Below are positions 10,271 through 22,723 of a stretch of 64,000 nt of DNA, in pieces. The notes below the pieces were generated by a model, which had not been told where the DNA came from, ran no database searches, and worked only from the letters and a program-made list of their open reading frames with translations. Source of the stretch: Mobula hypostoma (lineage: Eukaryota); the NCBI RefSeq assembly GCF_963921235.1, contig NC_086106.1:21328001-21392000 (forward strand), written 5' to 3'. Made by a program: the position numbers and the translations under genes. Numbering within the stretch: the stretch's first letter is position 1; each line of letters opens with the position of its first letter.

Positions 10271-11329
10271 GGCGAATTGTTGGAGGGGCGGCACGTGGTG
10301 CAGGAAGGACCCTTGTCCCGTTTTATATCTCTGTAGATAACTAATTCAATAATAAGGACTGGTTGGGAAAATCGCAAGCTCCCATGACAGCCTGCAGTTC
10401 TAACAGTTTCCTTCTATCAATGCCGTTATTGGATAACAGTGATACTTCATGATTAACACTACTACCGCAAGCATCGTACCACAAGCAAGGAGTTAATTGT
10501 GTAGAGACGTTCGCTACCTTGTCAAGGAAATCGAACTAACTTGGAGAAGTTTGGAATACTTAAATTAATGATGCGGAAGAAAAGTATCCAAATTCATACT
10601 CAGCAAATGTCAGTTGAATAATACAGCAGTGAATTTCTGTGTTTTGATCCAGTCAATCCGAGACCTGTCGTCGGGTTCCGTTTCAGTGTGATGCAACTGC
10701 AGTACACTTCTCCTGGGCTGATTCAAAGCAAAATGTCTAACATCCGGTGAACAAACAAGAAAAGCTCTATTAGGTCTGGATAGATGAATGAGCTCTATGT
10801 TTTGTAAAATTCCCCAGTTTCTTTCGCACTTTAGGTGGGGTAGAAATGCTGATAAGGACGTAATTCCTAAAAAAGTACAACATAATTTCCACGTATCACT
10901 GCACAAATCTTGACCGTTTCATGTAATTAAGTTCGCCTTCAGTCCTGCCACTGGCTTTCGGAGCAGGTTGCATATGTGCTGCTGACAATTTGCAGCAATT
11001 GCAGAACTTCTTCTCGCTACGTTTGGTGTTTCCAAATCAACACGATTTGATTAAGGAGCTTACAGTAAATTAACTTAAATGAATTAATGACCATAATATG
11101 ATGCAAGTGTAGTATTCAATTAAAGGTATCGAGAAATATATCCCGATAGTTAATTTCATTGAATGTTGTCACGAAGTTTTGGATTTAAAAAAAAAAATCC
11201 TGGATCTGATTTTGTGGAGTGAGCTAGATTTGATGTAGAATCTTAAGGTAAGGAAAGCATTTTTTTAAGCAGACGTGACGATGTCATAATATTCACCCAC
11301 CAATTTGAGAGGTACAACTTGATATTGAT

Positions 11330-12340
11330 GCCTCGCTTTCAGTAAATCTAATTAGAAATGTATGAGAGAGGAGCGTGCCAAATTTGATCATAAGTAGATG
11401 ACGGTAGAGCAGCGATGTTTAACTATGAAAATTGTGGTCTCTGCTTTTCAAGATTTTCATAACAGAATAGATGGATTTTTGCCGAGGTTGCGTATGCTAC
11501 AAATATAGGTAAAGTATTGGGTACTGCTGAGGAAGCAGGGAGCAGGGAGCATTTACCGGTGGTAGGATAAGCTACGACAATGATCACATCAGTGGCTGAT
11601 GCAACAAGCAGTAGGAAGCGGTATAAAATGTCATTTGTTCGCAGGGAGAGAGTCGTTGAAAATATTCTAAATAAGGAGTGAATTCGAAAAACTCAGGTGT
11701 ATACAAATTTGACAGTCCTACTTCGTGAATCATTTACGGTCAAATATAAAAACTATGATGTAGCGTTGATTATTTATAAAATCTGAATCACACTACATTT
11801 GCAGTTTTGAAAAACAAGTTGTGTGCTCAAAGTCGAAAGGAAGAGTATCCTAGTTTATAAGGGAGGAAAGTAGATACTTATGAGAATAACCCCGGGGCAA
11901 GCAGATTATCGTAGGTGGAGAGTTTGATGTTTCTTCGGATTAGAGCAATGATATGAATCCCAATGTAACATAACCGGCAAAAATGTACTGAGTACAGTGG
12001 ACGTGCGGATGACAAATCCAGCAGCGGGAAAGTGGAGCCTCAGAGGTACTCAACCTCGGGAAAAAAAAAGACGGAAAAAAGAGGACATGGTTTAAATTAC
12101 AGTGTTTTTTTTTTGCCAGATTGTATATGTGTGGGATTCCTTGCCACAGTGCATTGGGGAGGACATGTCCAGTAAATTTCAGACAGAGGTAAATGTCTTC
12201 TCAAGTCGTAAGTGTGTCAGAATTTGGACGAAGTTGCCAGGAGAATGCAGTTGAGATTTTATAGTAAATACACTACGATCCAGTGGCAGAACCAATGTCG
12301 AGAGGTCAAATAGCCAGGATTTTCTCCGATGGTCTTACGG
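11330..12340 (+). mobile_element. Degenerate CR1 RT fragment
   Basis: Decayed FADDTKIG-like region and CR1 3' sequence. Copies at ~32110-33130, ~41050-42260 and ~63280-64000. Ends approximate. Confidence 0.55.
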
Positions 12341-13094
12341 CCAGTTCCCGTGCAATCCTTTAAAATACGCTTTAATATACCAAACTTTTCATTAGTTCAA
12401 TGGACAACCTCACACAGACGAGAAAAGGGCAATAGATAAAGTTGATAAATATTGAAGGCTGAGAGGATTAGCAAGTGAGTTCTGTTCAGGAGTTCTCTAT
12501 TTTTGGTGGTTGTTAATTTTCGAATTTATTACTTTATTGCGCTGAGTTCAATAGCTTTCGTGTTTTGGATAATACGGAGGTCATACTTGTTGGCACTGTC
12601 GCGTAACCGCCTACCTGCCGTTCTGTAGGGTTTTTCAGGTTACGTCCTTCACTATTTGTGGCAGTCTGTAGCAGGTCTGGTCCTGGGCAACACAGAAACT
12701 CAACATCGCGGCGTTAATCGCGAAGATTACGAGGCATGCTATCCACGGGAGAGTGCAAGAGTGGATTTAGAATTCTCCTGCACTCGGAAGGCATAGTGTG
12801 GTATTAGTTGGAAGTTACTATGCCCACATTTCAAGAATTATAGATGCTCCTTGAGTCACTGTTTCGAGACCCTCACTCTTTGTGACATTATAAATTAACG
12901 TGTGATTTTGTGTAACGATTTTAATGTGAAGGTAGATAAATTGCATAACGAATAGTGGCATTGTGTACCGAGTAGAAAGTTTTCACATGACGGTAAATTA
13001 CCGCAGATATCTGAAATAGTGTTGTTTTGTTTTTTTTTCACAGAGAATAGCGGTTGGCTGCAATTAATGCCGGAGATAGTAGAAACTTCATGAT

Positions 13095-14347
13095 AAACAC
13101 AAAATAATCTGCAGATGCTGCGATCAAAGCAACACTTTCAGTACGCTGGATGAACTCCGCAGATTGGGCAGCATCAGTCAGAAACGATGAGTCGACGTTC
13201 TGGGCCGAAACACTTCGTCAGGACTGAAGAATGAATGATGGTGAAGGATTTCAAGAATGCTTGTAGCTTCAGTTCAAGGACCAGAAATTTGAAAGGCAAA
13301 AGGTTGGGGGATAGGAAGCATTGACATCATAGCCCTGAAAACAATGGGTAGTAGAAGAAGGAGGAGGAACTTTGAGTGAGTTGGGGGAGGGGGTAGAGTG
13401 AAATAGGGGTAGAGGAAGGGAGGGGGAGGGAGGTACCGGACGCTGAAGAATTGTCTGTTCATACCAAGAGGCTGGAGACTACCTAGACGGTATATGAGGT
13501 TTTGCTCCTCCAACCGGAGTTTAGCCTCATCATAGCTGTAGATGAGGCCATGTATGCACATATCTGAATGGGAATGGGAAGCAGAGTTGAAATTGGTGGC
13601 TACCGGGAGATCCTGTCTGTTGTGGCGGACGGAATGGAGGTGCTCGAAGAAGCGGTCCCTCAATCTGCGTCGGGTTTCACCGATGTAGAAGAGGCCGCAC
13701 CGGGAGCACGAGATGCAGTAGATGACCCCAACAGACACACAAGTGATGTGCTGTGTCTCACCTGAAAGACTGTTTGGGGCCCTGCATGATTGCAGGAGAT
13801 TTGGTGTAGGGACGGGTGTAGCACTTACGCTTACAGGGATAAGTGACAGGTGGGAGATCAGTGGGGATGAACGTGTGGATAAGGGAGTCGTGGAGGGACA
13901 GATCCCTGCGGAAAGTGGAGACGGGTGGAGAGGGAAAGATGTGCTCAGTTGTGGGGTCCTGTTGAAGGTGGCGGAAGTTGCGGAGGATAATGTGCTGGAT
14001 CAGGAGGCTGGTGGGGTTGTAGGTAAGGACAAGGGGAACTCTGTCCCTGTTGTGTTTGCGGGACGATGGGTTGAGGACCGAAGTGCAAGAAATGGAGGAG
14101 ATCCGAGTCAGGACATCATTGATGACGGTAGAAGTGAAACCACGATCCTTAAAGAAACAGGACATTTGAGATCTCCTGGAACAGAAAGCCTCATCGTCGA
14201 AGCAGATGCGGCGGAGACGGAGGAACTGGGAATAGGGAATGGCATTTCTGCATGTGGGGGGGGGGTGGGAAGAGGTATACTTGAGGTAGTTATGAGAATC
14301 AGTGGGCTTGCAGAAGAAGAAAGAAAGAAAGAAAGAAAGAAAAGGAT
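13095..14347 (-). mobile_element. 5'-truncated Penelope-like element (RT C-terminus and GIY-YIG endonuclease)
   Basis: ORF 13274-13738 'VIYCISCSRCGLFYIGETRRRLRDRFFEH' is a GIY-YIG/PLE signature. Flanked by an 8-bp duplication TTCATGAT (13087-13094, 14348-14355). Empty site at 43546-43553. Confidence 0.85.
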
Positions 14348-14899
14348 TTCATGATGATATTAAAAAAGAAGATACTACTATGTAGACATATACTAGTATC
14401 TTTGAATGAGGGAATGTTTGGATAGATAGTCTACTGTTGTAAGTTAGTTGGCAGAATAAAGCCCGGCGAATGGTCCACAGTGTGTTGTTCTGTTTGATGT
14501 TCTCTGTTTTATGTTCCTTGAGATGGAGAACGGCAGATCGTCCGTCGTTTTGTTCTTTCTTAAATCCAAAAGTGTTATCATCATTTCATCATTTTGCTCA
14601 TGTTAAGTACATTTCATTTGTTATAACATTTTTCTTTTTCATGTTTTTGCAGGACTGGAGAAAACACTCTGTCAGCGTTTGTAAATGTGAGGTTGCTCAT
14701 TAGCTTCTGACAACCAGCAGAAAAATTAAAGGCACAGCCACTTATATCTTAACTCAAAGGAAGTTCAGCACCGAGCTTCCACAGGCGCACAAATTAATAC
14801 CCTGTCAATGTACTTGAGCAATAAACGAAACAGTCAAATTCGTTTTGAAAAATTATGAGTAGCATCTTAGTATAGAATTTTTTTCCATGTGGTTCATGT

Positions 14900-15174
14900 C
14901 AAATTACATACTTTAGAATGTGGAGAAGTATTCAGTTTCTGTAGTTACTAAGTCCGCTCTATTCCATATTAATAACATCTCACATCATTTCAAAACCGGA
15001 TTCCTATGTTCCCGCCATTATTTGCATAATGCTTTTCAGAAAAAAAAGGTACGAAATTGTCTTGAATTCAAAAAATCGATCTACACGAAAGATTCAAAAG
15101 AGACATTCCATGGATAGATGACCTTGTAGAGAATTAAAATGAGGAAAACGTTTTTTTTCACCAGGGATATAGGT
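14900..15174 (-). pseudogene. Heavily decayed supporting V of cassette B2
   Basis: Acceptor context TTCAG|ACCTATATCCCTGGTG matches the supporting-V start TTCAG|ATCCTATATCCCTCGTG. Adjacent 15.2-16.4 kb aligns to the A-type J-V intron. Exon body is frameshifted and barely recognisable, and its 3' end is uncertain. Confidence 0.55.
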
Positions 15175-16497
15175 CTGAAGAAATGTAAAAAGTGCATCAC
15201 AACTAATTCTCTATCGTTACTGTATCCGCCACGACTCGGAAAAGGTGAGGGTTTCACAAAGGCTGGTTTCGTTCACAACGTGTCCAAAATGCTGTTATTG
15301 TCCTTGGCAATTTTTCCAACGACATGCCGAGGTGGAGAAATAATTGGCACCTTTTTTCAGGTGGAGAAATTCAATTACTGCACGTAAATGCTGGATAATG
15401 TGAAAATTCACCGAAATAATAATTAAAATATGGAACATTTATGAACAATCTGCCAGCGCGGGAACCCTGAGAGAAGGAAGGTCTATCTATTCCATTGTGT
15501 AAAATATATTGCTGTATTTTTTTTGTGAGAAGGACGAATGAGAAAAAGGATTGAAAAACAATTTTATTTACAACGTCTGATGCACTTTCTACAGATTTGC
15601 TGCTCTTTAATTTAGCGAAATAAGATCCATGAGAGGGGAATAATTTGCCATGTTTGTGCTAAGAAACTGTGCGGTGAGGAGTACAGGCTTTTAAATTTAA
15701 TACACCCCGGTGTAAAACTTCATAACCAGTCCTTGTAACACACCCTAATGCTAAAGGAACTCAGCAGACCAGCCAGCATTGGCCGGAAATAGTAAACAAG
15801 CGATGTTCAGGCATAGATACATCATCACGATATTCATGTATATACTACCTGACTTGTGGAGAACATCTAGCATTTTCGCTCTGCTGCTTGGGTTTTCAGC
15901 ATCTGCAGATTTTCTCATGTTGCCCCATTCGCTGTGACGTGTCATTCTCCGTATTACTTATAGCTCAATCAGTTTTCATATGTGTTTTCTTCCCCCTGTT
16001 GATGTTTCTTCTACTACTCTTGCTACATATGGTACATATGCTATCGTGTTAAAATATTCTGACGGATGTCGCTTGAATTGCAGTTTATATGTGGGTGTCA
16101 GGCTCATTCGCAACTGGGCGTCTCCACCTGACTAATCACAACCAGAGGTTGTGCATGATAAATCGTGACTTTCTCAAGCTTTCGACATACAGTTTCCGTG
16201 TACCTGTAGAGACAGTTAGCACAGAACATTTCCAAGAAGTTCCGTCAAACTTGGTTATGCAATGTGATGACCCAAGATCAGCATTTCTTCTTCTGCCTCC
16301 ATAACCATCTGCTGGCATCACAAATGATCGCACTGCATAAGCGAATACACTCTTGCCTCTACTCTTGTAATGCATGGCTACAGAGCTGCGCTGCTTTTAC
16401 TTGAATTGTACCTTTCCAAAGAAGAGCTCATTGCTGGCAATCCAAACGCGTTTTTTTTTTTTTTTATTTATCCAATCTTATAGCTTCTATCTACGAA

Positions 16498-19305
16498 GCT
16501 GAATGTACAAGGGTATACGTGCTATCGAAGGGACAGAAATGTGGGCAGAGGGGATAGGGTGGCCCTGTTGGTGAGGAATGAGATTCAGTCCCTTGCAACG
16601 GGGGGCATAGAATCAGGAGAAGTAGAATCAGTGTGGATGGAACTGAGGAACAGTAAGGGCAAAAAGACTCTAATAGGTGTTATCTACATTCCCCCAAGCA
16701 GTAGCATGGATATTGGGTGCAAGTTGAATAGGGAGTTATCAATGGCATGTGGCAAAGGAAATGTCGCAGCAGTTATGGGGTTTGCAACATGCAGGTGAAC
16801 TGGGAAAACCAGGTTGGTACTCGACCCCGGGATAGGAAGTTTGTAGAGTGCTTACGGGATGCATTTTTGGAGAAGCTTGTACGAGAGCCACCAGGGATAA
16901 GGCTATTCTGGATTTAGTGTTGTACAATAAACAAGATTTGATAAGTAATCTTGAAGTAAAGGAGCCATTAGGAGGTAGTGACCATAATATGATAAGTTTT
17001 TTTTAATCTGCAAGTTGAGAGGAATACGGGCAGATCAGAAGTGTCAGTATTGCAGTTGAACAAAGGAGACTATGGAGCCATGAGTGAGGAGCTGGCCAAA
17101 GTTGACTGGTCGGATATCCTAGCAGAAAAGACAGTGGAACAGCAATGGTAGGTATTCTTGGGAATAATGCACAAGGTGCAAAATCAGTTCATCCCCCGGA
17201 GAAGGAAGGATTCAAAGGGGGGAAAGTGGCCACAGTGGTTGCAAAAGAAGTCAGAGATAGCGTAGCATTAAAAACGAAGTATAACAGAGCTAAGGCGAGC
17301 GGGAAGGCGGATGTTTGAGAATTTTTTTAAGGAGCAACAGAACTTAACTAAAAAGAGAATACGGGGAGAAAAAAAATGAGGTATGAATGCAAGCTAGCTA
17401 GGAATATAAAGGATGATAGCAGAAGTTTTTTTTAGGTATGTGAATAGAAGGAAGATAGTTAAGAACAATGTTGGGCCCTTGAAGAATGAATTGGGAAAAT
17501 TGTTATGGGAAGCACAGAAATTGCAGACGAATTTAATAAGTACTTTGGATCTATTTTCACTAGGGAACACACAAGAATCTCCCAGATGTATGGATGGGCC
17601 GAGGACATAGGGTAACAGAGGAACTGAAACAGATTGACATTAGGAAGGAAGCAGTGATGAGTAGACTGATGGGACTGAAGGCAACAAATCCTCAGGTCCA
17701 GATGGTCTGCATCCCAGTGTACTAAAGGAGGTGGCTTTGGAAATTCCGGATGCATTGGTGATCATTTTCCAATGTTCCTTAGGTTCAGGATCATTCCTGA
17801 GGACTGGCGAATGGTTAATGTTATCCCGCTTTTTTTAAGAAAGGAGGGAGGGAGAAAACAGAGAACTATCGCCCTGTTAGCCTAACATCAGTAGTGGGGA
17901 AGATGCTAGAGTCCATTATTAAAGATGAAATAACGCCATATCTTGATAGCAGTGACAGCATTGGGCCGAGCCAGCATGGATTTACCAGGGACAAAACATG
18001 CTTGACTATTCTATTGGAGTTTTTCGAGGATGTAACCAGGAAGATAGACGCGGGAGATCCAGTGCATGTGGTGTACCTTGACTTTTAGACGGCATTTGAG
18101 AAGGTACCACGTAGGATTTTGTGGGTAAAGTGAGACCTCAAGGCAATGGCGGGGGGGGGGGGATGTTGGTCTGGGGGGCTATTGACATGGATAAAAAACG
18201 GGTTGGTAGATAGAAAGCAAAGGGTAGCAGTGAATTAGTGTTTTTCGGAATGGTAGGTGGTGACTAGTGGTGTGCCACAGGCCTCGGTGTTGGCACCACA
18301 GCTGTTTACAATTTACGTCAATGATTTAGAGGAAGGCATTATGAATAACATCAGCAATTTTGCTGATGATACTAAGCTGGGTACAGTGTGACGTGATGAG
18401 GATGTTAGGAGAATTCAAGGTGATTTGGATAGGCGGGGTGAGACGGCAGAAACTTGGCAGGTAGCGTTTAATGTAAGTAAGTGTGAGGTTATTCACTTTG
18501 GGACAAAGAACAGGAAGACAGATTATTATCTGAACGCTGTGGAGTTAGGTAAGGGAGAAATACGAAGATATCTAGGAGTACTTGTTCATCATTTTCTGAA
18601 GATGAATGAACAAGTGCAGCAGGCAGTGAAGAAGGCTAATGGAATGTTGGCCTTTATTACAAAGAGAATTGAGCACAACAGCAAGGAAATCCTTTTGCAT
18701 TTGTACAGGGCCCTGGTGAGACTACACCTGGAGTATTGTGTGCAGTTTTGGTCTGCAGGGTTAAGGAAGGACATCCTGGCTGTAGAGGAGGTGCAGCGTA
18801 AGTCCACTACTTTAATTCCTGGGGTGTCCGGACTGTCTGACGCAGAGTGGTTAGAAAGACTGGGCTTGTATACGCTGGAATTAAGGAGATTGAGGGGGGA
18901 TCTGATTGAGACATATACGATTAGTAAGGGATTGGACAAGATAGAGGCAGGAAATATGTTCCAGATGCTGGGAGAGTCTAGTACCAGAGGGTATGATTTA
19001 AGAATAAGGGGTAGGTCATTTAGGACAGAGTTGAAGAGGAACTTCTTCTCCCAGAGAGTTGTGGTGGTGTGGAGCGCGCTGTCTCAGAAGGCAGTGGAGG
19101 CCAATTCTCTGGATGCTTTCAAGAATGAGCTAGATAAGTATCTTATGGCTAGGGTAATCAAGGCTTATGGGGACAAGTCAGGAACCGGGTATTGATAGTA
19201 GATGATCAGCCTGATCTCAGAATGGCGGCGCAGGCTCGAATGGCCGAATGGTCTACTTCTGCACCTATTGTCTATTGTCTATTGTCTATTGTCTATTGTC
19301 TATTG
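16498..19305 (+). mobile_element. 5'-truncated CR1 LINE (endonuclease and RT, frameshifted) inserted in the B2 J intron
   Basis: Endonuclease 'ESVWMELRNSKGKKTLIGVIY' and RT '[25 protein letters not shown]' motifs, (CTATTGT)n tail at 19264-19305. Empty sites seen near 105-115 and 45385-45395. Confidence 0.92.
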
Positions 19306-19398
19306 AAATCTCAATCAAAGTTGATATATTTAACAAAACTACACTTGAAAGCACTTCGAGGAAACGGCTTTATAAATTTCGCTAGTTCACACACGTGC

Positions 19399-19453
19399 TG
19401 ACAGTAACAGTGACCCTGGTTCCGGGTCCACCTCGATAGCCAGTGCAGTAACT
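19399..19453 (-). pseudogene. NAR-TCR J, cassette B2 (SYCTGYRGGPGTRVTVTV), defective
   Basis: RSS heptamer mutated to CGCAGTG (19454-19460), donor changed from GT to GC. Confidence 0.78.
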
Positions 19454-19825
19454 CGCAGTGATCCGACACTCAGTCTCACTGGTACATAAATCATCCTCAA
19501 CACAGTTTAACAGCAGCTGACATTGGACTGTGTACTACTATTGCAGACTTTTAAAAAAACAATAACGCCTTTCAATGTTCCAGAAACCCCTGTGAAGCTA
19601 CTTGTGAAAAAGACAACAATAAAGTGATCGCTTTATACATCCAGAATGTCGGTTCTCTAAACTTCAGCAAATGTGAAAGAAAAAAAAATCCTGAAGGGGT
19701 AAAGTACAATGGAATTGACCCGATCGCAGCGTGAAAGTAATCCGACTTATGATTCTATTTCCTGAATCCAGCAAATATACTTTTTTTCGGATCTGAAAAT
19801 TTTTGTTCGATGATCCTCCGTTGTG

Positions 19826-19839
19826 CATATTCGGAAATC
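19826..19839 (-). pseudogene. NAR-TCR D, cassette B2, with V-facing heptamer mutated
   Basis: AATTTTTGT, 12 nt, CGTTGTG, core, then TACAGTG (CAC lost) at 19840-19846. Confidence 0.7.
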
Positions 19840-20215
19840 TACAGTGTTTCAGGTCAGGTTCAAATCTCAGCATAGGACTGAGCTGGAGCTAACGGCTTCC
19901 CAACTACTATTCCTGCTTCCATCCTGTTGGAGCAGCATGACATCTGAAGTAAGAGTTGGGTAGAGGAAAAATCATTATGACTTGCTGTTCGCTAAAAACA
20001 GAAATGTGAGAGGCGGTTTTGTACAAGCAAATTCAGAAGACAAAAGAAAGAATATGAACAGTAAACTTCATGTCCCATTACAGAATATACTGTACGGAAC
20101 GCAGGAGAAATGCCTCGTTGAATTACGGACAGATTAACTCTATTCCTTTAGCTGTTGATGGGATAAATTGCAGCGAGTATTTGAGAACAAAGTGATTCGC
20201 TCTCCAAGCTCTGTG

Positions 20216-20509
20216 TACATTCATGTTTATATTCAACTTTACCGAAATATGTGGCGCTGCCCTTAACTCCAAGATTCAATTTTTTTAGGATAATCGTAAT
20301 GTATGCTTTATTATTCGTTGTAATAAATCTTCCTCCTGTGCAGATACGCTCCCAGTCCGTTCCTGGCTGCGTCTGCTTGAAGAACTGTCCGGTTATAAAT
20401 TATTCGCTTGATGATTTTATTTTACTCAATTTGCACGTGATGGTGAGAGACAAGCATTATATTTTCGCCACCGCTGTCAGGCTCTGGTTCACTGATTGGC
20501 CGAAGAGGA
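20216..20509 (-). pseudogene. NAR-TCR V exon, cassette B2 (pseudogene)
   Basis: TAA at 20457-20459 (FR1) and 20400-20402 (CDR1). Second canonical Cys changed to Gly (YFGK). Heptamer CACAGAG. Confidence 0.85.
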
Positions 20510-20656
20510 CTGGAAATTAAGAAAGTGCAGAACGGAAGCGTCATTAGATGTGAAAAACGCAAGACGACTAATACTATGACTTCATGAAAAACTTAATATA
20601 CCTGTTCAGTGTTATAGCTGCCTCGCATACTGCAGAGAATAGCGTACCGTACTCAC

Positions 20657-20699
20657 GCCGAAAGCAGATGCAGAGCGTGATATTCAAGAGGAAGTTCAC
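20657..20699 (-). pseudogene. Leader exon B2 with start codon mutated (ATG to GTG)
   Basis: 43-nt paralogue of the other leaders with a GTGAGT donor. Confidence 0.7.
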
Positions 20700-22723
20700 C
20701 GTTTCGTCTCCGCGTGCAAGATGGTTTATATGACGGAGAGCTAGACTACTGCGTTAGGTTATTCCTCAGAAAGAGGCAGAGACACCTCTGACTATTGTTG
20801 TTCTAGATTTATGCAAATGCTGCGCTCTTTACGAATTACCTTTTTGCCAGAAAGCGTCTAGTTTAATGAACAATAGCTATGGTTCAGTTCCCACTCAAGC
20901 TCTTTGAAACTGACGAGACAGGTCCTCCATGACAGTTTTGACGTCAATACCAGTAATTCTTCATCTTTTGGATAAATGCGAAAAGACCAGGCATCTGCTA
21001 AGAGAAAATGAAAAAAAAATCGTGCCAAGGCGAAAACATATCTCATCAAGGTAACTGAGAGTGTCGCTAGGTTAATAAATATATCATCAGCCATATCCAG
21101 ATGTTTTCAGGGATAGAGTCAAGGTGATAGAGAACGGTGGGAAAGGTGTTAGAACAAGTGAATTTTATGGAACTGTGGAAGATGCAGCAACGTTGATGAA
21201 ATTTACGAGGTCAGAAGGGTGCATGCATTATGCCAGTAGTTAACAGATGTGGTTTTTATTTTTAACTACTTCAGAGGCAACGGTTGAATAAACAGGTCAT
21301 AGAGTACAAGATATGTAATTGGGATAATACCATAAGAAAAGATTTACCGATTTGATTTACTGAGTCTGGTCGGCCAAGCAATCATGGCTGATCCATTCTT
21401 TTTCCTCCTAAACCCTATTTCCTAGCATTCTCCCGTAATCGGTGATGTTATGTGTAATCCAAAACCTATCAATCTCTCTCTTAAATACTCCCAGCGACTT
21501 GGACACGACAGCTACATGTTGCAATAATGTTCACAGATCACCATCCACTGGGAAAATATATTTCTGCGCATCTCTGTTTTTTTTAATGGGCGCCCCTCTA
21601 TCCTGAGGCTGTGCCCTCTTGTCCTAGCCTCGCCCACCAATGGAAACATCCTTTCCAAATCTACTTTGACAGGGACTTTCAACATTTCAATGATATCCCC
21701 TTCATCCTTTTAAATCACAGGGAGTACAGACCCACACCAATCAAGAAAAAAAAAAATCCCTGTATGTTAACCCTTTCATTCCTTCAATAACCTTTGCGAA
21801 CCTACTGTGGCCCATCTCCAATACCAGCACGTATTTTCTAAAATGAACAACCAGAAAAAGTTCACAATACGCAATATGAGACCTCACTAGTGCCTCATAA
21901 ATTTTCAGCATCACATTCCTGCAATTCCATTCTGACCTTCTGAAATGAATGCCTCTTTTGATGCCGCTGCTATATCCACTCTCATCTCTCTTTTATTTCT
22001 TACATAATTAATAAGGGTTTCCGATCGACTTGATAGAATCTGCTAGCTTGCTTTCATGTGCCTTATTTCCCCTTCGAATGATTATATTATTTGCTCTCTG
22101 CAGCTTTTTAAACACATTCCATTCCTCTATCTTTCCACTAGTTTTTGCATCTTCGTATGCTTATGTTTTATTTTTAGATTAGAGTTGACTTCACTTTCAG
22201 GCACACTCGTGCAATATTGCTATTCGGGTAATTCTCCATGCTTTGGAATACACATGTCATTCGTCATTTTACTCAGAAACGCACGCCATTAATGCTGTAC
22301 ATCCCTGCGAGCATCTTCTTCCAATTTACTTTGGCCAGCACCTCTTTCGTGCTACTGTACTTTCTGTTGCTCCTGTGAAATAGTGCTACGCGAAAATTAA
22401 TTTTCTCCCTATCAAATTTCAACTTGAATTCTATTACATTATGACCACTGGTTCTTCAGGGCTGTTTTTTTTTTATCTTCAGCTGCCTAATCGGCCCCTT
22501 TTCTTACGTAACAGCCAATCCTGTATAGCTAATCCCTTTGTAGCTTCAACGGCAAATTGCTCTAAAAGCCATCCCTTAGGCATTCAACAAGCTCATTCTC
22601 CGAATCGACCTGCATGTTAAAATCTCCCATGGCTACCATAACATTGCTCTTTTAGACGGGCCGTTTCTATTTCCAATTGTAGTCTGAGGTCCAACTCCCA
22701 GCTACCGTTGGATGACAGTATTT

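Noticed and set aside
10610-10906. Ecto-ADP-ribosyltransferase or L1-type RT identity for the conserved spacer ORF (GYFSSASL; FLGIT)
   Set aside because: Only a short motif matches and the flanking catalytic motifs could not be found. Left as unidentified.
12560-12900. CpG-rich conserved block with V-like words (ETVTQ, RDSA) on the minus strand
   Set aside because: No consistent frame, no canonical Cys/Trp spacing and no RSS.
13722-14354. 210-aa plus-strand ORF, and similar ORFs at 18589-18939, 52973-53548 and 27114-27509
   Set aside because: These are antisense shadows of Penelope, CR1 or V-exon coding strands.
20811-20818. Perfect Ig octamer ATGCAAAT about 110 bp upstream of leader B2
   Set aside because: Present only in this pseudogene copy. 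The other five promoters have ATCCAATT, ATGCAATT or ATTCAATT, so it is probably a chance substitution.
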